A stretch of 64,000 nt of DNA from Eledone cirrhosa (taxonomy: Eukaryota), in contig OZ024741.1 of NCBI GenBank assembly GCA_964016885.1, positions 174,158,001-174,222,000 on the forward strand, given 5' to 3'. A program made the position numbers and the translations under genes. The notes under the pieces are model-generated. The model was given only the letters and a program-made list of their open reading frames with translations, was not told where the DNA came from and did no database searches. Positions 1 to 14,350 of the stretch are shown here, piece after piece (position 1 is the stretch's first letter; each line of letters begins with the position of its first letter).

Positions 1-120
1 ACATGACCACTTTACAGTGTGGACAGGGTGCTTTTTGTTGTGTCATCTATCATCATCATTTTACATCCGCTCTTCCCTGCTTGCAAGGGTGGGACTATAT
101 ATATATATATATATATATAA

Positions 121-620
121 GAGAGTATTGAAGTTTGCTTGAAGCATTGTGGAATAATAAGGTAAATTTCTTTAAGTCGTTTGGAAGCCTCGACAATGCA
201 GATGGGTAAATCTCCGGGTAACAAGATCCGGTGGTGGAGAGAGAGATGTAAGTGGGTGTACGTTGAGATGAGTGGCGTGTATAAGACTGTAGCGTGTAGA
301 GGAATGAAGGAAAGAGCGTAAAGGATAAAAATAAAAATAAAAATAACAACAGAGATAGAGTTACCTTGGGAGAGATTTAATTGTCCCTATATATTTCGGA
401 TTCACATCCATCAACTGGAGTTTTTTCCGGGGAGGGGGGGTTGTCTGTCGGAAAGGTGCGAAACGTGTCCTCCGCTGTTCGTTGTTTTGAATATCTGAGG
501 TATTCAGCAGAGCGCGCATGCGCATGAAATGGGGTCGGTCAAGCAGAGGTCAGCGGTCGAAGTAGTTCTTTCAATTGTGGGAGTGGGGTGGCGCTAGCTG
601 TCAGTCCATAGTATTCTCTG
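121..620 (-). repeat. Putative 3' pseudo-LTR/UTR of Penelope-like element 1, with a degenerate hammerhead-like motif
   Basis: Lies downstream (minus strand) of the GIY-YIG ORF and ends at a (TA)n tract. Minus strand ~385-418 reads ttgat-ggat-gtga-atcc-GAAA-tata-TA. A tcgaggcttcc motif sits at 183-193. Confidence 0.45.
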
Positions 621-826
621 CCTGTTTGGTGATTGTTACTGCATGTGTGTGTGTGTGCGTGTGTAGTTGTCTCGCTTGAGTGTGTGTGTGTGTGTGTTGT
701 TGCCTTGTTCCTCTGTATTGGCAGTGTAGTATGTCCGTATGGTGGAATGCTACTGTGTGTGTGTGTGCATGTGTTGCTGTCTCGCTTGTGTGTGTGTGTG
801 CGTGTATTGCTGCATCGTTTCTTAAC

Positions 827-2380
827 TTAAACCAACCACCTCATTTCGCTTCTCTCGGATCGGTTGTTTAATTGTGGCCCTAGGCATTTGATCCAAAGTG
901 CTTCCTTGATACATAATGTGCCGACGTTTCTTTCTGTCACTAGAATTATGACAATGGGCCTTCCGTCTTTGTTTCCGCATTTGGCTATGTGTTTCCGGAA
1001 AGACGAGGCCCTGGTGTTAGTGTGTTCCTTGATCCAGATGTGCAACGGCCGGATTGTGCTACCTATATAGTATTGGTTGCACTTGTTACATTCTATCTCA
1101 TACACGACGTATGTGCGTAGGCAACAGTTCGCATGGCGCATCGGGCAGTGTCTGAGGGAGCACGCGTCAATTGATTTCCCGGGTTTCCTGGAGAGGCATC
1201 TTCACAGGGAGGGGCCCAAGTGGGCCAGGTGGATGTCGAGGCCCTCCCTCCATATAGCCTTGCGGATAGCGTTGGTGGTATTCTCGCCCAGGTGTGGCAT
1301 TTTAAGGAAGCACTTGCCTTGGGTGCCTCTCTGTCTCTTGTGTCTGGTGTCTCCTACTCTGTCTGTGAGCGAGGTAGGGTACCCGTTCATCTCCAGCACC
1401 TCAAGGAATCGCTTGGTATGAGTGACACCACTCGCGGGATCGCTGCATCTGTTTTTGATTCACGCGATCTCGTTCATGATGTATCCTCTTTTGGCACTGT
1501 TAGGGAGGGCGGACTTGTAGTGGACGAACAGGTCCCTGCAGGCTGCCTTTCGGTAGAAGTTGCAGTGGATCCCTCCCTGTTCCGTGATGTTGATTCGGAA
1601 GTCGAGGAGGGCAAGTGACCCGTCGTCGCTGGGGTGTTCAAACCTGAAGTCAATGTTCTCGTCCATGTTGTTGAACGTCTCATAGATTCTGTTCACCATG
1701 TCTTGGGAAGATGTGAAGATGAGGATATCGTCCACGTACCTTGAGAAAAAGGCAACGGCGTTGAGTGCCTTGCGCTCGAGGCTGTCCATGTAAGAGATCG
1801 CTAGCACACCCGACAGGCTTGATCCCATGGGCAGTCCCAAGGTTTGTTGGTATGTTTGGTCAAGGAATCCGATGGATAGGAGTTGGTGGATGTCAGTGGT
1901 GGTGAGCCTGAAGCAGTGTAGGTCGATGGATTGGACGTGTTCCATCAGTATATTAACGGCCGGGAGTGCCGGGACCGAGGTGTAGAGAGCGACTACATCA
2001 AAGCTGAAGGCATACCTGTTATTCTTTCTGCTGTTGGGATCCATTTGATGCAGGCGCTTCAACACCTCCTCGGAGCTGTTAACATGTCCCGGCAAGGTGT
2101 CTAAAATGGGTTTGAGTATTCTGGCTAGGAGCCATGAAATTTTGTAGAGTGGTCCTTCCACGCTCGATACAATAGGCCTGATCTTCAGGTCGGGTCCCTG
2201 TTTGTGTGTTTTCACGAGATGGTAGAAGGCGGGTAGTCTGCTGTTCCTCGTGAGGAGGTTGTATCTCAGCTTCTTCGGGAGCTTCCGCCGGTCGCAGATG
2301 TTGGTCCAGGCAGCGTTGATGTGCTCTTCTATCTGTGTGGGAGTGATTCCCGTGATCTTGGAGTAGAGGTTGTCATCGAG
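827..2380 (-). mobile_element. Penelope-like element 1, 5'-truncated and disrupted (RT + GIY-YIG endonuclease)
   Basis: RT motifs KTHK..RPIVS, SFDVVALYTSVP, GLPMGSSLSGVLA, RYVDDIL, LLDFRI..YRK (ORF 1460-2479). GIY-YIG motif VVYEIECNKC..YIGST.R.L...IKEH..EA..I....PQLN (ORF 827-1141). Internal stop and frameshifts. Confidence 0.92.
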
Positions 2381-2545
2381 AGAGAGAGAAAGCACTCTTC
2401 TTTCCTTTACCTTTTCTATGGAAATACTTATATATATGTATATATATATGTGTGTGTGTATATTGCATCTTATTTCCATTGAGCTCTTTACAGAACAATG
2501 AAATCAAAATGTTTTTATTTTGATTTATTTGTGCTTGTTTATATA

Positions 2546-2624
2546 CATGGTGTCCCCTAAAAATGTATACATACTTCAATTAGAATGCTGTTGAAGTGTG
2601 TATACATTTTTAGGAGGAATCCTG
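2546..2624. mobile_element. Small TA-flanked MITE-like fold-back (Tc1/mariner type)
   Basis: Imperfect inverted repeats cctaaaaatgtatacatacttcaa / ttgaagtgtgtatacatttttagg, with TA on both sides. Confidence 0.45.
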
Positions 2625-3101
2625 TATATATATCTCATCTCTGTTTTTACATCCACTTTCTCATGCTGGCATGGGTATTGATGGGATGGTTTGAGACAAT
2701 ATATATGTGTGTGTGTGTGTATGTGTGTTTATATATATATATGTATGTATCATCATCATCATCATGACCATTTAACATCCACTTTCCCTGCTAGCAAGCA
2801 TTGGATAGGTTGTCACAGAGCAAGTCAGTACTTAATCAGAGCTACTGACCTCACAGATGGACCAGGTGCCACATCTTGCTTACATATATATATTTTTTTA
2901 CAGTGTTTATCATGTATGTTATCATGACACCATTGCTAGGGAGGTCATGATGTCTTTGAAACAACTGAAGAATCTTCTCTTACCTTTGTTTGACAAGTCT
3001 TCTATGGTTCAATGTCCTTTCTATGCCTTACTACTTACTAAATGCCGTTTCTATAATTACAATAATAACATCCATTCTGTTGCAAGCATTCAGACTAGAT
3101 C

Positions 3102-3311
3102 TCATTTAAACCAGCTGTATCCGGCCCAGAATTCTTTCCCCCTTTTGAAACTGGCTGTAACCAGTAGCTCACAGCTCACACTGACATTAAGATATCGTTC
3201 TTAAAATAAACAATAACATCATCAGAATCTTGTAGACTCGAGATTATGTGAGATAAAACCTTTACCATGAATATACAATAGTGAATATAGGGTAATGTAA
3301 ATGCTAAAGGG
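3102..3311 (+). mobile_element. piggyBac-type MITE, left end eroded
   Basis: Ends taaatgctaaaggg-TTAA and is colinear with the copy at 27992-28359. Confidence 0.55.
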
Positions 3312-3479
3312 TTAATTCTTTCACAACTCCACTCCCCCACCTGTCTCAGAGGCTTTGAAAAGGGTTATTGGTAGTACCTCTCCTTCCATGACTAAACAGT
3401 AAAAAGAAAAAAATAAATAACCTACAAAACTTTCATACTCACAAACAACGCACAATTCAAACATTTCAGAAAATTCATA

Positions 3480-3775
3480 AATGCTGGACCTTACAATTTC
3501 TGGGATTTCTCCTGTGTGTTGCAGGATCATCAAGCTGTCTCTTGTATGAGAGCAATTTGTGATTCACTGTCTATTTGCTTAACCTTCAGCATGCTGTTGT
3601 CGACAAGAGAGTAATCTCCCCTTAATACATAATGCATGCTGAAGGTCAAGATACTCAGTTTAAGTGGTATTAAACCCAAAGCTCCGATGACAACTGGAAT
3701 TAACTTGAAGTTGTTAGGTAGTATTGATCATATTAATTCAATTTTGACCTCCAAGTCAAAATATTGTGCTATTAT
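3480..3775 (-). mobile_element. R4/Dong-like non-LTR retrotransposon remnant (restriction-like endonuclease end)
   Basis: Minus strand translates as KYFDLEVKI...IPVVIGALGLIP with stops. Confidence 0.45.
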
Positions 3776-3789
3776 TATCCTTATCAGGG

Positions 3790-4000
3790 CTTTGGATTGG
3801 CAGAATTGTTATAGCATTAGATAAAATGCCTGGCAGCATTGGTTTCAGCTCTTTTCATTCTAAGTTCAAATATTGCCATGGTCAACTATGCCTTTCATCC
3901 TTATGAGGTCAATAAAATAAAGTACCAGCCAAGAACTGGGTTTGATTTAATCAACTTTCCCTTCCCCAAAGTTGCTGGCCTTTTGTCTAAATTAGACCGT
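3790..4000 (+). mobile_element. SINE family B, degraded copy
   Basis: ttctaagttcaaat..ggtcaactatgcctttcatcc..aataaaataaagtaccag is shared with 7250-7350, 37061-37175, 37400-37582 and 43610-43700. Confidence 0.6.
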
Positions 4001-5157
4001 ATTATCATTATCATGAGCATGTGTTAATGAAAATAATATAAATAATAATAATTTTTTTTTTAAAATTTATATTGAACACTAATAATATAGAATTGAATGA
4101 AAGGAAACAATGCAGTAGGGAGGACTGTTTAGTCTTGTTGGGGACAAGGTGACTTCTTTAGTGCTGGACTTAACAATGAAATACATCCATTAAAAGAACA
4201 ATAACACCAAATAGGAAATAACTTGGACTGTGATGATCCATTCAACCCATGCGGCGATAAAAAAAAAAATTATGTAGCTTAATTGTTAGGGTGTTCAACT
4301 CATAATCATAACCAGGTGGAGCATTGTGTTTTTAAGCATGAAACTTCATGTTCCTCCAGGTGTCCACTTAGCTGAAACAAAATGATCCTAGCAGCAGCTG
4401 TGGGTTAATCCCAGCTATGAACTAATGTCTATGATAGAACTAGGAGAACCTATTATTTAAACCCCTGAGAAACCTCCTATGAGTTGCAACTTCATAGGAG
4501 GCCAACTAAACCTACATAGATATGAGTTACAACAACAACATATATATATATCTACATATAAATACATGCTCATACACACACACTGCAGGCAGACAAATAA
4601 AAAGAAGTAAGGTTGTGTAGACATAAAGGAAACTTAGAGGGCATTAGTCATTGATAAGGTCACAGGCTGTAATGAAAAGACTTTGACAATTAATTATTTG
4701 ATTAACCAACTGACTGATGGATGAATTAATGAGACTTACCTGTGTTTTAATAGGTAGCATATCCCTCTCAAAATACAACACTATATCATTATCATCATCA
4801 TCATTTAACGTCCCCTTTCCCTGTTAGCAATTGAGATATATATATATATATATATACAGCAATTGAGATATATATATAGAGAGAGAGAGAGTCTGGTTAT
4901 CAAGTAATGAATATTGGCATTATGATGTTTTGTGATTTGGGGGTGGCTTGTATGAATAAATATAAGCTCAACACCTTTAGGCAAGCAGTGCTGAAGTGTG
5001 TGTTCACAAAAGCATCTAAGAAGCTAATTGCATCAGAGTCAAGCTATAAGTTACATAACAGATTATTAACTGTTCCATCAAAGCAAAGCACGCATCATGT
5101 GAATATGTAAATAAACATCTGCTAAATTGTAATTTCACTCTCTTGTTTTGTAACATA

Positions 5158-5202
<45 letters not shown>

Positions 5203-5429
5203 CATGACAAAAAGCAATCAATACTCACTGTAAATAAGGTTGGCGTTAGGAAGGATATCCAGCTGTAGAAACCAACCCAAAATCAGTTCCATATGTGCAA
5301 AACATGGTCACAACAGGACAATTCGTCTAACCCATGCTAGCGTGGAAAAATGGATGATGATGATGATACATGATGGACCCTCCAGTCATATGTTGATGTC
5401 ATTTGAGGGTTCAACAATCTTCTAAGTTC

Positions 5430-5960
5430 AATTTTTTATGGTTATGTCTCAAATGGTACTTCAGTCCAGTTGCTGATTTACACATCAAGCAGCATTTAGT
5501 GCAGATGACAGGATTTTGAGTGGAGTGGGATGGAAGGTTTGATTGAATCTCGGTGTTAGATTTTAGTTTATGAAGATGAACCAAACGTGATTTTTCAAAG
5601 TTCTTTATACCTTCATGGCAGATAGTACTCCAGTTTCCACAGTCAGCAGCTAGAGCTTCAAAAGAAGTAAGAGGTATATTTACAGATTTAGGATTGTACT
5701 TCAGTTTGTCTTTATACCTGAGTTATTGTATGCTTACATTACATGCACCATTATGAAGTTGACTGTATAACAGTACCTTGGGTGTGCAGTCCTCCGTCAT
5801 CCAAAGAACATGACCTGCCCATATGAGTTGGTATTGCATCAGAAATGACTCAATCCCACCAAGACTGCACCTCATGAACAGATTGGCATTGGAGACTCTG
5901 TCAGAAAATGCATAACAACAGATAGAGCAAAGACAATGTTTGTGGAAGACATCAAGCTTA
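5430..5960 (-). mobile_element. RTE (BovB-like) LINE 3' remnant
   Basis: Minus strand translates as KLDVFHKHCL..DRVSN..QLIWAGHVLWM...PKVLLYSQL, homologous to 36014-36532. Confidence 0.65.
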
Positions 5961-7361
5961 TAAATGTATATATATTTTTGTACTCTTGAAGAAGGGCTAA
6001 AGCTCGATACATCAAATTTTCTTTCCCCTTTTCCATATAAAGCATGAAACTAATAAGACTTTTAGTACCTCTGTTTGTTGTCTCCTTGAACTATATATTA
6101 TATATACATACACACATACATGGTGGCTGCCAACTCGTTTTCAAGTACGGCCACTACTTTATATCCATGTAGGAGAACCCTTACCGATGCGCTGAACGCG
6201 TGTGACCTTTTAGTCCAGCCACCGACTTGAAAACTCTGGTACAAACACTACACTTGTGACAATTACTGACACATAGTGCTGGGCCCATGGTACCATGTGA
6301 CGCCAAGGGCAGAGAGATCTCCAGATATAAAGCAATGCCTGTGCTGTGAAGCTTTTATAGTGAACAAAGGCACTGCACGACCCGACCATGAGACATACAT
6401 ACACACATACATACACACATACATACACACACATATATAAATGTAATGAACAATCAAAACATAATGTGAAAGTCTATGAAAACACTGGTAATGTGCAAAT
6501 AAGTCAATCTGTTAATTGTTACATATATACATATATATATGTGTGTGTGTTTTTCATGGTAGTATTTTTTCTAATTATACTCTATTTATCTTACAGTAAC
6601 TTCAAATGACTTCACATGTTTGATTTCTTTTTTTTATTTAAATTTTTTCAATACATTCAGTTCATCTACACATTCCTTTATCTGTATGTGTTAATATTAT
6701 ACATGATATTTTTACAAGTGTAACTTTATATTTAAACAGTAACCTGTATTCTCCAGTAATACTTCCAATCTAGATATGAAAAAAATGTGTGTCTGTGATA
6801 ACAACAAATTATAGCTTTCTCTATGCCTATCACAATGTAAAATTTGTCTTACTTTAAAACTTACTTTCACATTTTATTTAGCAAGAACTTTAGTGTGTCT
6901 ATCTTGCTTCTTATTTTGTTTTTTATAGAATGATCAAACAATTGCTATAGTAGTGGGGCCTTGTGAAATATGTGTTTAGGATCGTTTGGTAAAAGTCAGT
7001 ACAATGCAAATTAGAAATATGGTGGCGGGAGCAAATCTAGAATAAACAACAGTTTACACTTTTACTTTATATTTCATATTTCAGGGTTAAGATCCCTTTT
7101 TCAAGCTTGTCATCACCATCACACTCTATTTCCTTGTTTTGAAAAAGTAAAAAGGTTTTAACCTTGGAATATCATGAAATATTTAGGGATTTTGTCAGAT
7201 GCTTTAATGATTCTGTCAATCCAATAATAATAATAATAATAATAATTGTTTCTTCTTTAGGCACAAGGCCAGCAATTACCCAGTGCATTACTGGTACTTT
7301 ATTTTATTGACCCCATAAGGATGAAAGGCAAAGTCAACCTCGGCGGGATTAATAATAATAA

Positions 7362-7865
7362 TAATAGTACAGACACACACCAGAAAAGAATGACAAAGCA
7401 ACCATTATCTGGGATATTCCAATACATACAGACAGAGAGATCAAGGCCAAGACTAGATATTATATCTCCGAAGACCACAAAAAAAAAAAAAAGCCTTCTA
7501 ATATCCCCACAGATGACAATATATCTTCCAAGGAAATAGAGAAACTCTCCAAATATAAAGATCTAGAGATGGAATAACATGAATGTAGCAACTGAAAACA
7601 GAAACAATATCTATAATAATAGGTGCTCTAGGAATGATAAAAAAACACAGACAAATACATAGCCAACACCCCAGGACTTACAAATATATACAGCATACAA
7701 AAGATAGCACTACTAACACTGCACACATATTATGAGAAGTACTGTTAATACAATAGAAACAACATCAGCAAAAACTATACTGTTCATACCCAAGGCGTAC
7801 AGAGCTGTGCTCAGTAAAGCTGGAATGATGCGCAATAAAAATAATCATGGAAATAATAATAATAA
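7362..7865 (+). mobile_element. R4/Dong-like LINE 3' fragment (restriction-like endonuclease domain) in a (TAA)n tract
   Basis: Degraded IIWDIPIHTDREIKA.(R)LDII...KEIEKLSKYKDL.....IIIGALG...IQKIALL..AHIL. Flanked by (aat)n on both sides. Confidence 0.75.
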
Positions 7866-8440
7866 TTATTTCTAGTATAGGCACATCGACCCCAGTGTTT
7901 GGTGTTAGGAAGAGCATCTTGCCATACCAAATATATAAAAGTACATAGAAAAAGGTTCAGTTATTTGATTTGTCATGAAGTAAATGAAAAACATCAAGGA
8001 AGTAAGATAAGTTGAGTGGGGAAATCAATAAAGTTACTGTGGCTGCCAGAAGTCAGGCTAATGATTCTATTATCACAATGAATAGTTATATCTCTGGTCT
8101 GTGTCAAATATTTGAAGTAGTAGCAGTAGTAGCAGCAGCAGCAGCCAGGAAAATCTTTAAAATGTTGTACAGTTCTTGAAGATAAATATGATTTCTGGCA
8201 TAAATTGAGTTTGAGCAAATTTCAAGACAATTATCGTAATTATTTCTTGAATTATGCGAGTCTATAGAATTAGAACTGCAGCTCAACTTAGGTTTCAGTG
8301 AATAAGAAATAAATATGTTCTTTATAATTTTTCTAGTTATTAACATTATTCAACAGTAATTGACATTTGTAATTTTAGTAATAGGTGGTGGGTCTCACTA
8401 AAAAGGAAAAAAGAGTTAGAGCAGAATCTGCTTTGGAAAC

Positions 8441-8565
8441 GATGTAATGATAGAAACTGAAGTAATGATAGATACTGATGTAATGATAGATATGGATGTA
8501 ATGATAGATATGGATGTAATGATAGATATGGATGTAATGATAGACACTAATGTAATGATAGAAAC
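8441..8565. repeat. 18-bp minisatellite (gatgtaatgatagatatg)n
   Basis: About 7 imperfect tandem units visible. Confidence 0.85.
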
Positions 8566-8803
8566 CATAGACTAAAGGAGAAGATGGATAGATTACACAT
8601 TTCATGCAATGTGCTTGTGACAAGAATGATCCCTAGTCAACACTCCCTCTAAGCTGTGTGGGTGCACAGCCACACAATCACTGTATTCATGCCACACATA
8701 TCAAAATGTTGTCAATCAGTCACTTTGGAATGTTGCTACACAGTAGCTTTGAATTTCAAACATTCTTTTTTATTCAAAACATCAATGGACTACAATAAGT
8801 ATA

Positions 8804-8992
8804 TCGGGGACAGATTAAGATCTTTATAGGCCCTAAGCATTGAATTATGATAACCCCATATACTGGTAACCCCATATACTGTAAATGGAAAAATCTTTCA
8901 TACACTGTATAGGAAAAAAACTCTATGGGGCCCCCTCTTTACCTGAGGCCCTAAGCATGTACTTATTTTGCTGGGATGCATGTTGTCCACTG
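8804..8992 (+). mobile_element. Degraded hAT-type MITE related to 56897-57052
   Basis: Two ggccctaagca subterminal motifs in the same arrangement as the younger copy. Confidence 0.45.
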
Positions 8993-10061
8993 CACATTCG
9001 AACTGTTCATAAGGATGATAGACTGGAGACAGAAGACTTCAATGTCTATCTTCACAGTCCACTGAGTCACTTGGTAGAAGGTAAAAAGTGTTATAAAAAT
9101 CCAACTGAAGTAGCAAATCTGTTAACTCTTTCACTACCATGCTTCTAATGAAAGACACAGTATATGGTTTTCAAATAATTTTCAAAATAATCAAGAACTT
9201 TAGAGATATTTAGTAATATAACTAACTTTTTCATTATCAACTTAACAATAGTGTTTACATAAAATTATGATGGAAGTCTTTTAGATAGATAGAAACACTC
9301 TAAAACAAACAGTTTTTATTGTAGAACCAAGGAGGTTTCAGGCAGTTTGGTATCAAAAATGTTAAATGATTCTGTGAGAGGTAAATTAACAGGATTAGAT
9401 GTTTTTTTTCTTACAAATAAGTCAAACTAGTTTGCCACTGTATTTAGAGATGCTTACCCCAACTGGCAGTGAACTGAGAATATAACTAACTGCATGAGTC
9501 AAGAATTAGGGATGCTTCTGAAGATAAGCTTGAACAATGAGCACATATTGAATAATTTTAAGCACATAACTGCTAAACACAAAGTTAAAGATGTTGGCAA
9601 AGGTGATAGCCGAGAGGTTAGCTTATGTCATTGTTAGTGGCGTTGTTGATGCATAAACCTGCAAAATACCTGGAAAACTGCAGTATGTTATTATAAATAC
9701 ATCCATGGTTACTCTCACATACACACTCTCTCTCTCACATACTTACACACATACACTATGAAAGGAGCAAAAAATAACAAAAGTGAGAATATAAATATAT
9801 GTTGGTGATACAGTACACTCTTTAAAGTATTTGGCATTAGGAAAGCCATCAAGTTGTAGAAACCATGTAAAAGAAAAAGGTAGAGAATACACTTTAGTCA
9901 TGTCCATTACATAACAACCTCTATAGTGTTTGGTGCCATAATAAAATGAACCCTGTACATTCTGTAAAGTGTTGGAAAAACATAAAATGATGATGGTGGT
10001 GGTAAAGAGGAAAATGCAAGGATTGTTTGTGAAATTCTAATATCCCATTTATATTTTCTAG

Positions 10062-10133
10062 GTTCTTAATCATGGTGAACCACCCAACAGTTTTTTGGCT
10101 GAAAAAAGTGATTGTCTTCAGTCAGTTTCTATG
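10062..10133 (+). CDS. SPEF2: Internal coding exon of a SPEF2-like gene (VLNHGEPPNSFLAEKSDCLQSVSM)
   Basis: atattttctag acceptor and gtaag donor; 72 nt, phase 0-0, open, and splices in frame to 17128. Confidence 0.55.
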
Positions 10134-10200
10134 GTAAGATTCACTGAAATATTTTCAATATTGCATTCATGGTTATAACAGTATGGTATAATTTCTCATA

Positions 10201-13200
10201 ATGCAATGTCACACAGCACTACACATGATCACACAACACCACACATCACCACACATCACCACACATCACAACACCACACATCAACACACACAACACAACA
10301 CAACACCACACATCACCACACAACACCACACATTACCACACATCACCATGCAACACCACACAACACCACACATGACCACACAACACCACACATGACCACA
10401 CATGACCACAAAACGCCACACATCACCACACATCACAACACCACACATCAACACATACATCACAACATTACAAAACATCACACATCCCTCAACATCTCAC
10501 AACATCACACATCACACAACACTGCACATCACACAGCATCACACATCACCACACTACACCACACAACACAACACCACACAACACCACAGATCACCACACA
10601 TCACACAACACTGCACAACATCACACAGCATCACACATCACCACACAACACAACACCACACAATACCACAGATCACCACATATCACACAACACTGCACAA
10701 CACACAACACCAAACATCACACACCACACAATACTACACAACACCATACATCATCACACAACATCACACATCACCACACAACAATATACATCATCACACA
10801 ACACCACACATCACTACACAACACCACAGAGCATCACACATCACACATCACCACATAACATTATGTCTCACACAACATCACTCAACAGCACACAGCACAC
10901 ATTATCACACAGCACACACAGCAAACATCACACATCACCACACAACACCACACATCATCACACAACATCACACATCACACATCACTACACAATACCACAC
11001 ATCATCACACAACATCACACAACATCACACAACACCACACAACACCACAGAGCATCACACATCACACATCACCACATAACATTATGTCTCACACAACATC
11101 ACTCAACAGCACACAGCACACATCATCACACAGCACACACAGCAAACATCACACATCACCACACATCATCACACAACATCACACAACATCACACATCACT
11201 ACACAACACCACACATCATCACACAACATCACACAACACCACACAACACCACAGAGCATCACACATCACACAGCACACACAGCAAACATCACACATCACC
11301 ACACAACACCACACATCATCACACAACATCACACAACATCACACATCACTACACAACACCACACATCATCACACAACATCACACAACATCACACAACACC
11401 ACACAACACCACAGAGCATCACACATCACACATCACATTATGTCTCACACAACATCACTCAACAGCAGACAACACACATCATCACACAACATCACACAAC
11501 ATCACACAACATCACACAACACCACACAACACCACAGAGCATCACACATCACACATCACATTATGTCTCACACAACATCACTCAACAGCACACAGCACAC
11601 ATCATCACACAGCACACACAGCAAACATCACACATCACCACACATCATCACACAACATCACACATCACTACACAACACCACACATCATCACACAACATCA
11701 CACAACATCACACATCACTACACAACACCACACATCATCACACAACATCACACAACACCACACAACACCACAGAGCATCACATATCACACATCACATTAT
11801 GTCTCACACAACATCACTCAACAGCACACAGCACACATCATCACACAGCACACACAGCAAACATCACACATCACCACACATCATCACACAACATCACACA
11901 ACATCACACATCACTACACAACACCACACATCATCACACAACATCACACAACATCACACAACACCATACAACACCACAGAGCATCACACATCACACATCA
12001 CATTATGTCTCACACAACATCACTCAACAGCACACAACACACATCATCACACAGCACACACAGCAAACATCACACATCACCACATAACAACACACTCAGC
12101 ACACGTCATCATACCACCTTACAACGGTACACATCACCACACATCACATCACAACACAACACACAGCACACAACATTACACATGACTACACACAGCACTA
12201 TACATCACCACACAACACACAGTTCACATCGTCATACCACACCACACATCACCACACAACGCCACACTACATAACACAACACAACATCTCACACATCACC
12301 TCACACAGCATTACACATCACAACACAACATTACACATCACCACACAACACAACACACAGTACACATCACCACACAACACTACACACAGTTCACATCACC
12401 ACACAACACAACACACAGTACACATCACCACACAACACAACACACAGTACACATCGCCACACAACACTACACACAGTACACATCACCACACAACACTACA
12501 CAGAGTACACATCACCACACAACACAACACACAGTACACATCACCACACAACACTACACACAGTTCACATCACCACACAACACAACACACAGTACACATC
12601 ACCACACAGCACTACACACAGTACACATCACCACACAACACAACACACAGTACACATCACCACACAACACAACACACAGTACACATCACCACACAACACT
12701 ACACACAGTTCACATCACCACACAACACAACACACAGTACACATCACCACACAACACAACACACAGTACACATCACCACACAACACAACACAACACAACA
12801 CATCACCACACAACACAACACACAGTACACATCACCACACAACACTACATACATTACACATCACCACACAACACTACACACATTACACATCACCACACAA
12901 CACAACACACAGTACACATCACCACACAACACTACACACAGTACACATCACCACACAACACTACACACAGTACACATCACCACACAACACAACACAACAC
13001 ATCACTACACAACACACAGTACGCATCACCACACAACACTACACACAGTACACATCACCACACCACACAACACAACACAACACATCACCACACAACACTA
13101 CACACAGTACACATCACCACACAACACTACACACAGTACACATCACCACACAACACAACACAACACATCACTACACAACACACAGTACACATCACCACAC

Positions 13201-13368
13201 AACACAACACTCAGTACATATCACCACACAACACAACACAACACATCACTACACAACACAACACACAGTACACATCACCACACAACACTACATACATTAC
13301 ACATCACCACACAACTCAACACTACACACAGTACACATCACCACACCATACAACACAACACACACCAT
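10201..13368. repeat. C/A-rich pentamer-based satellite (cacat/cacaa/cacca) with higher-order units
   Basis: Direct inspection; marker blocks cattatgtctcacacaacatcactcaacag and cagtacacatcaccacacaacac recur. Confidence 0.95.
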
Positions 13369-13531
13369 CATGTCTGTCATCTTACAAGGTTTCCAGTGGT
13401 AAAGATTTGGCAGGAATGTTAAACTGGAAAAAAGACCTGCAAGCCATTAATTATTTTGCATTCTTGTGAAAATGCTGACTCTCAAGAGAGTATTTTTCCT
13501 GTCTTGAAAACCAGGCAGGAAATTGTTGTAG

Positions 13532-13832
13532 CTGCTGTTGTTGTCGTCTTCACTGTTGTTGTTGTTGTCATTGTTGTTGTTGTTGTTGTTGTCACTGTTG
13601 TTGTTGTTACAATTTTTACTGCTGTTGTTGTTGATACAATTTTTACTGCTGTTGTTGTTGTTTTTGTTGTTGTTGTTGTCACTGTTGTTGTTGTTGTTAC
13701 AATTTTTACTGTTGTCGTTGTTACAATTTTTACTGCTGTTGTTGTTTTTGTTATTGTTGTTGTTGTTACAATGTTTACTGCTGTTGTTGTTTTTGTTGTT
13801 GTTGTTGTCACTGTTGTTGTTGCTGTTGTCAC

Positions 13833-13869
<37 letters not shown>

Positions 13870-14270
13870 ACTGTTGTTACAATTTTTACTGCTGTTGTTG
13901 TTGTTGCTGTCACTGTTGTTGTTACAATTTTTACTGCTGTCATTGCTGTAGTTGTTGTTACTGATGCTGTTGTTGTTGTTGTTGTAATTGTCACTGCCTC
14001 TGTTATTGTTGTTGTTGTCACTGTTTCTGCAGTTGTTGTCACTGTCACTGCTTCTACTGTTGTTGTTGTTGTTGTTGTCACTGTCACTGTTTCTGCAGTT
14101 GTTCTTATCATTGTCCCAGTTTCTGCCATTGTTGTCATTGTCACTGTTTCTGCCGTAGTTGTTGTTGTTGCTGTCGTTGTTGTTGTTTTCATTGTCATTG
14201 TCTCTGCAGTTGTTGTTGTCATTGTCACTGTTTCTGCTGCTGTTGTTGTTGTTGTCATTGTCACTGTCTC

Positions 14271-14318
<48 letters not shown>

Positions 14319-14350
14319 CATTATCACTATTTCTGCTGCTGTTATTGTTG
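13532..14350. repeat. Compound (GTT)n microsatellite with recurring aatttttactgct / gtcactg variants
   Basis: Direct inspection; explains the poly-N/V/T/L ORFs. Confidence 0.95.

Noticed and set aside
430-473. Plus-strand hammerhead (gcGAAAcgtgTCctcc)
   Set aside because: No CTGAnGA box or stem II upstream.
8375-8623. Coding 18-bp repeat exon
   Set aside because: All + strand frames hit stops nearby, and the minus ORF is only a repeat translation.
10206-12274. Long His/Thr-rich ORFs (659, 396, 225, 215 aa)
   Set aside because: Open in several frames because the C/A satellite lacks stop codons; no splice or domain evidence.
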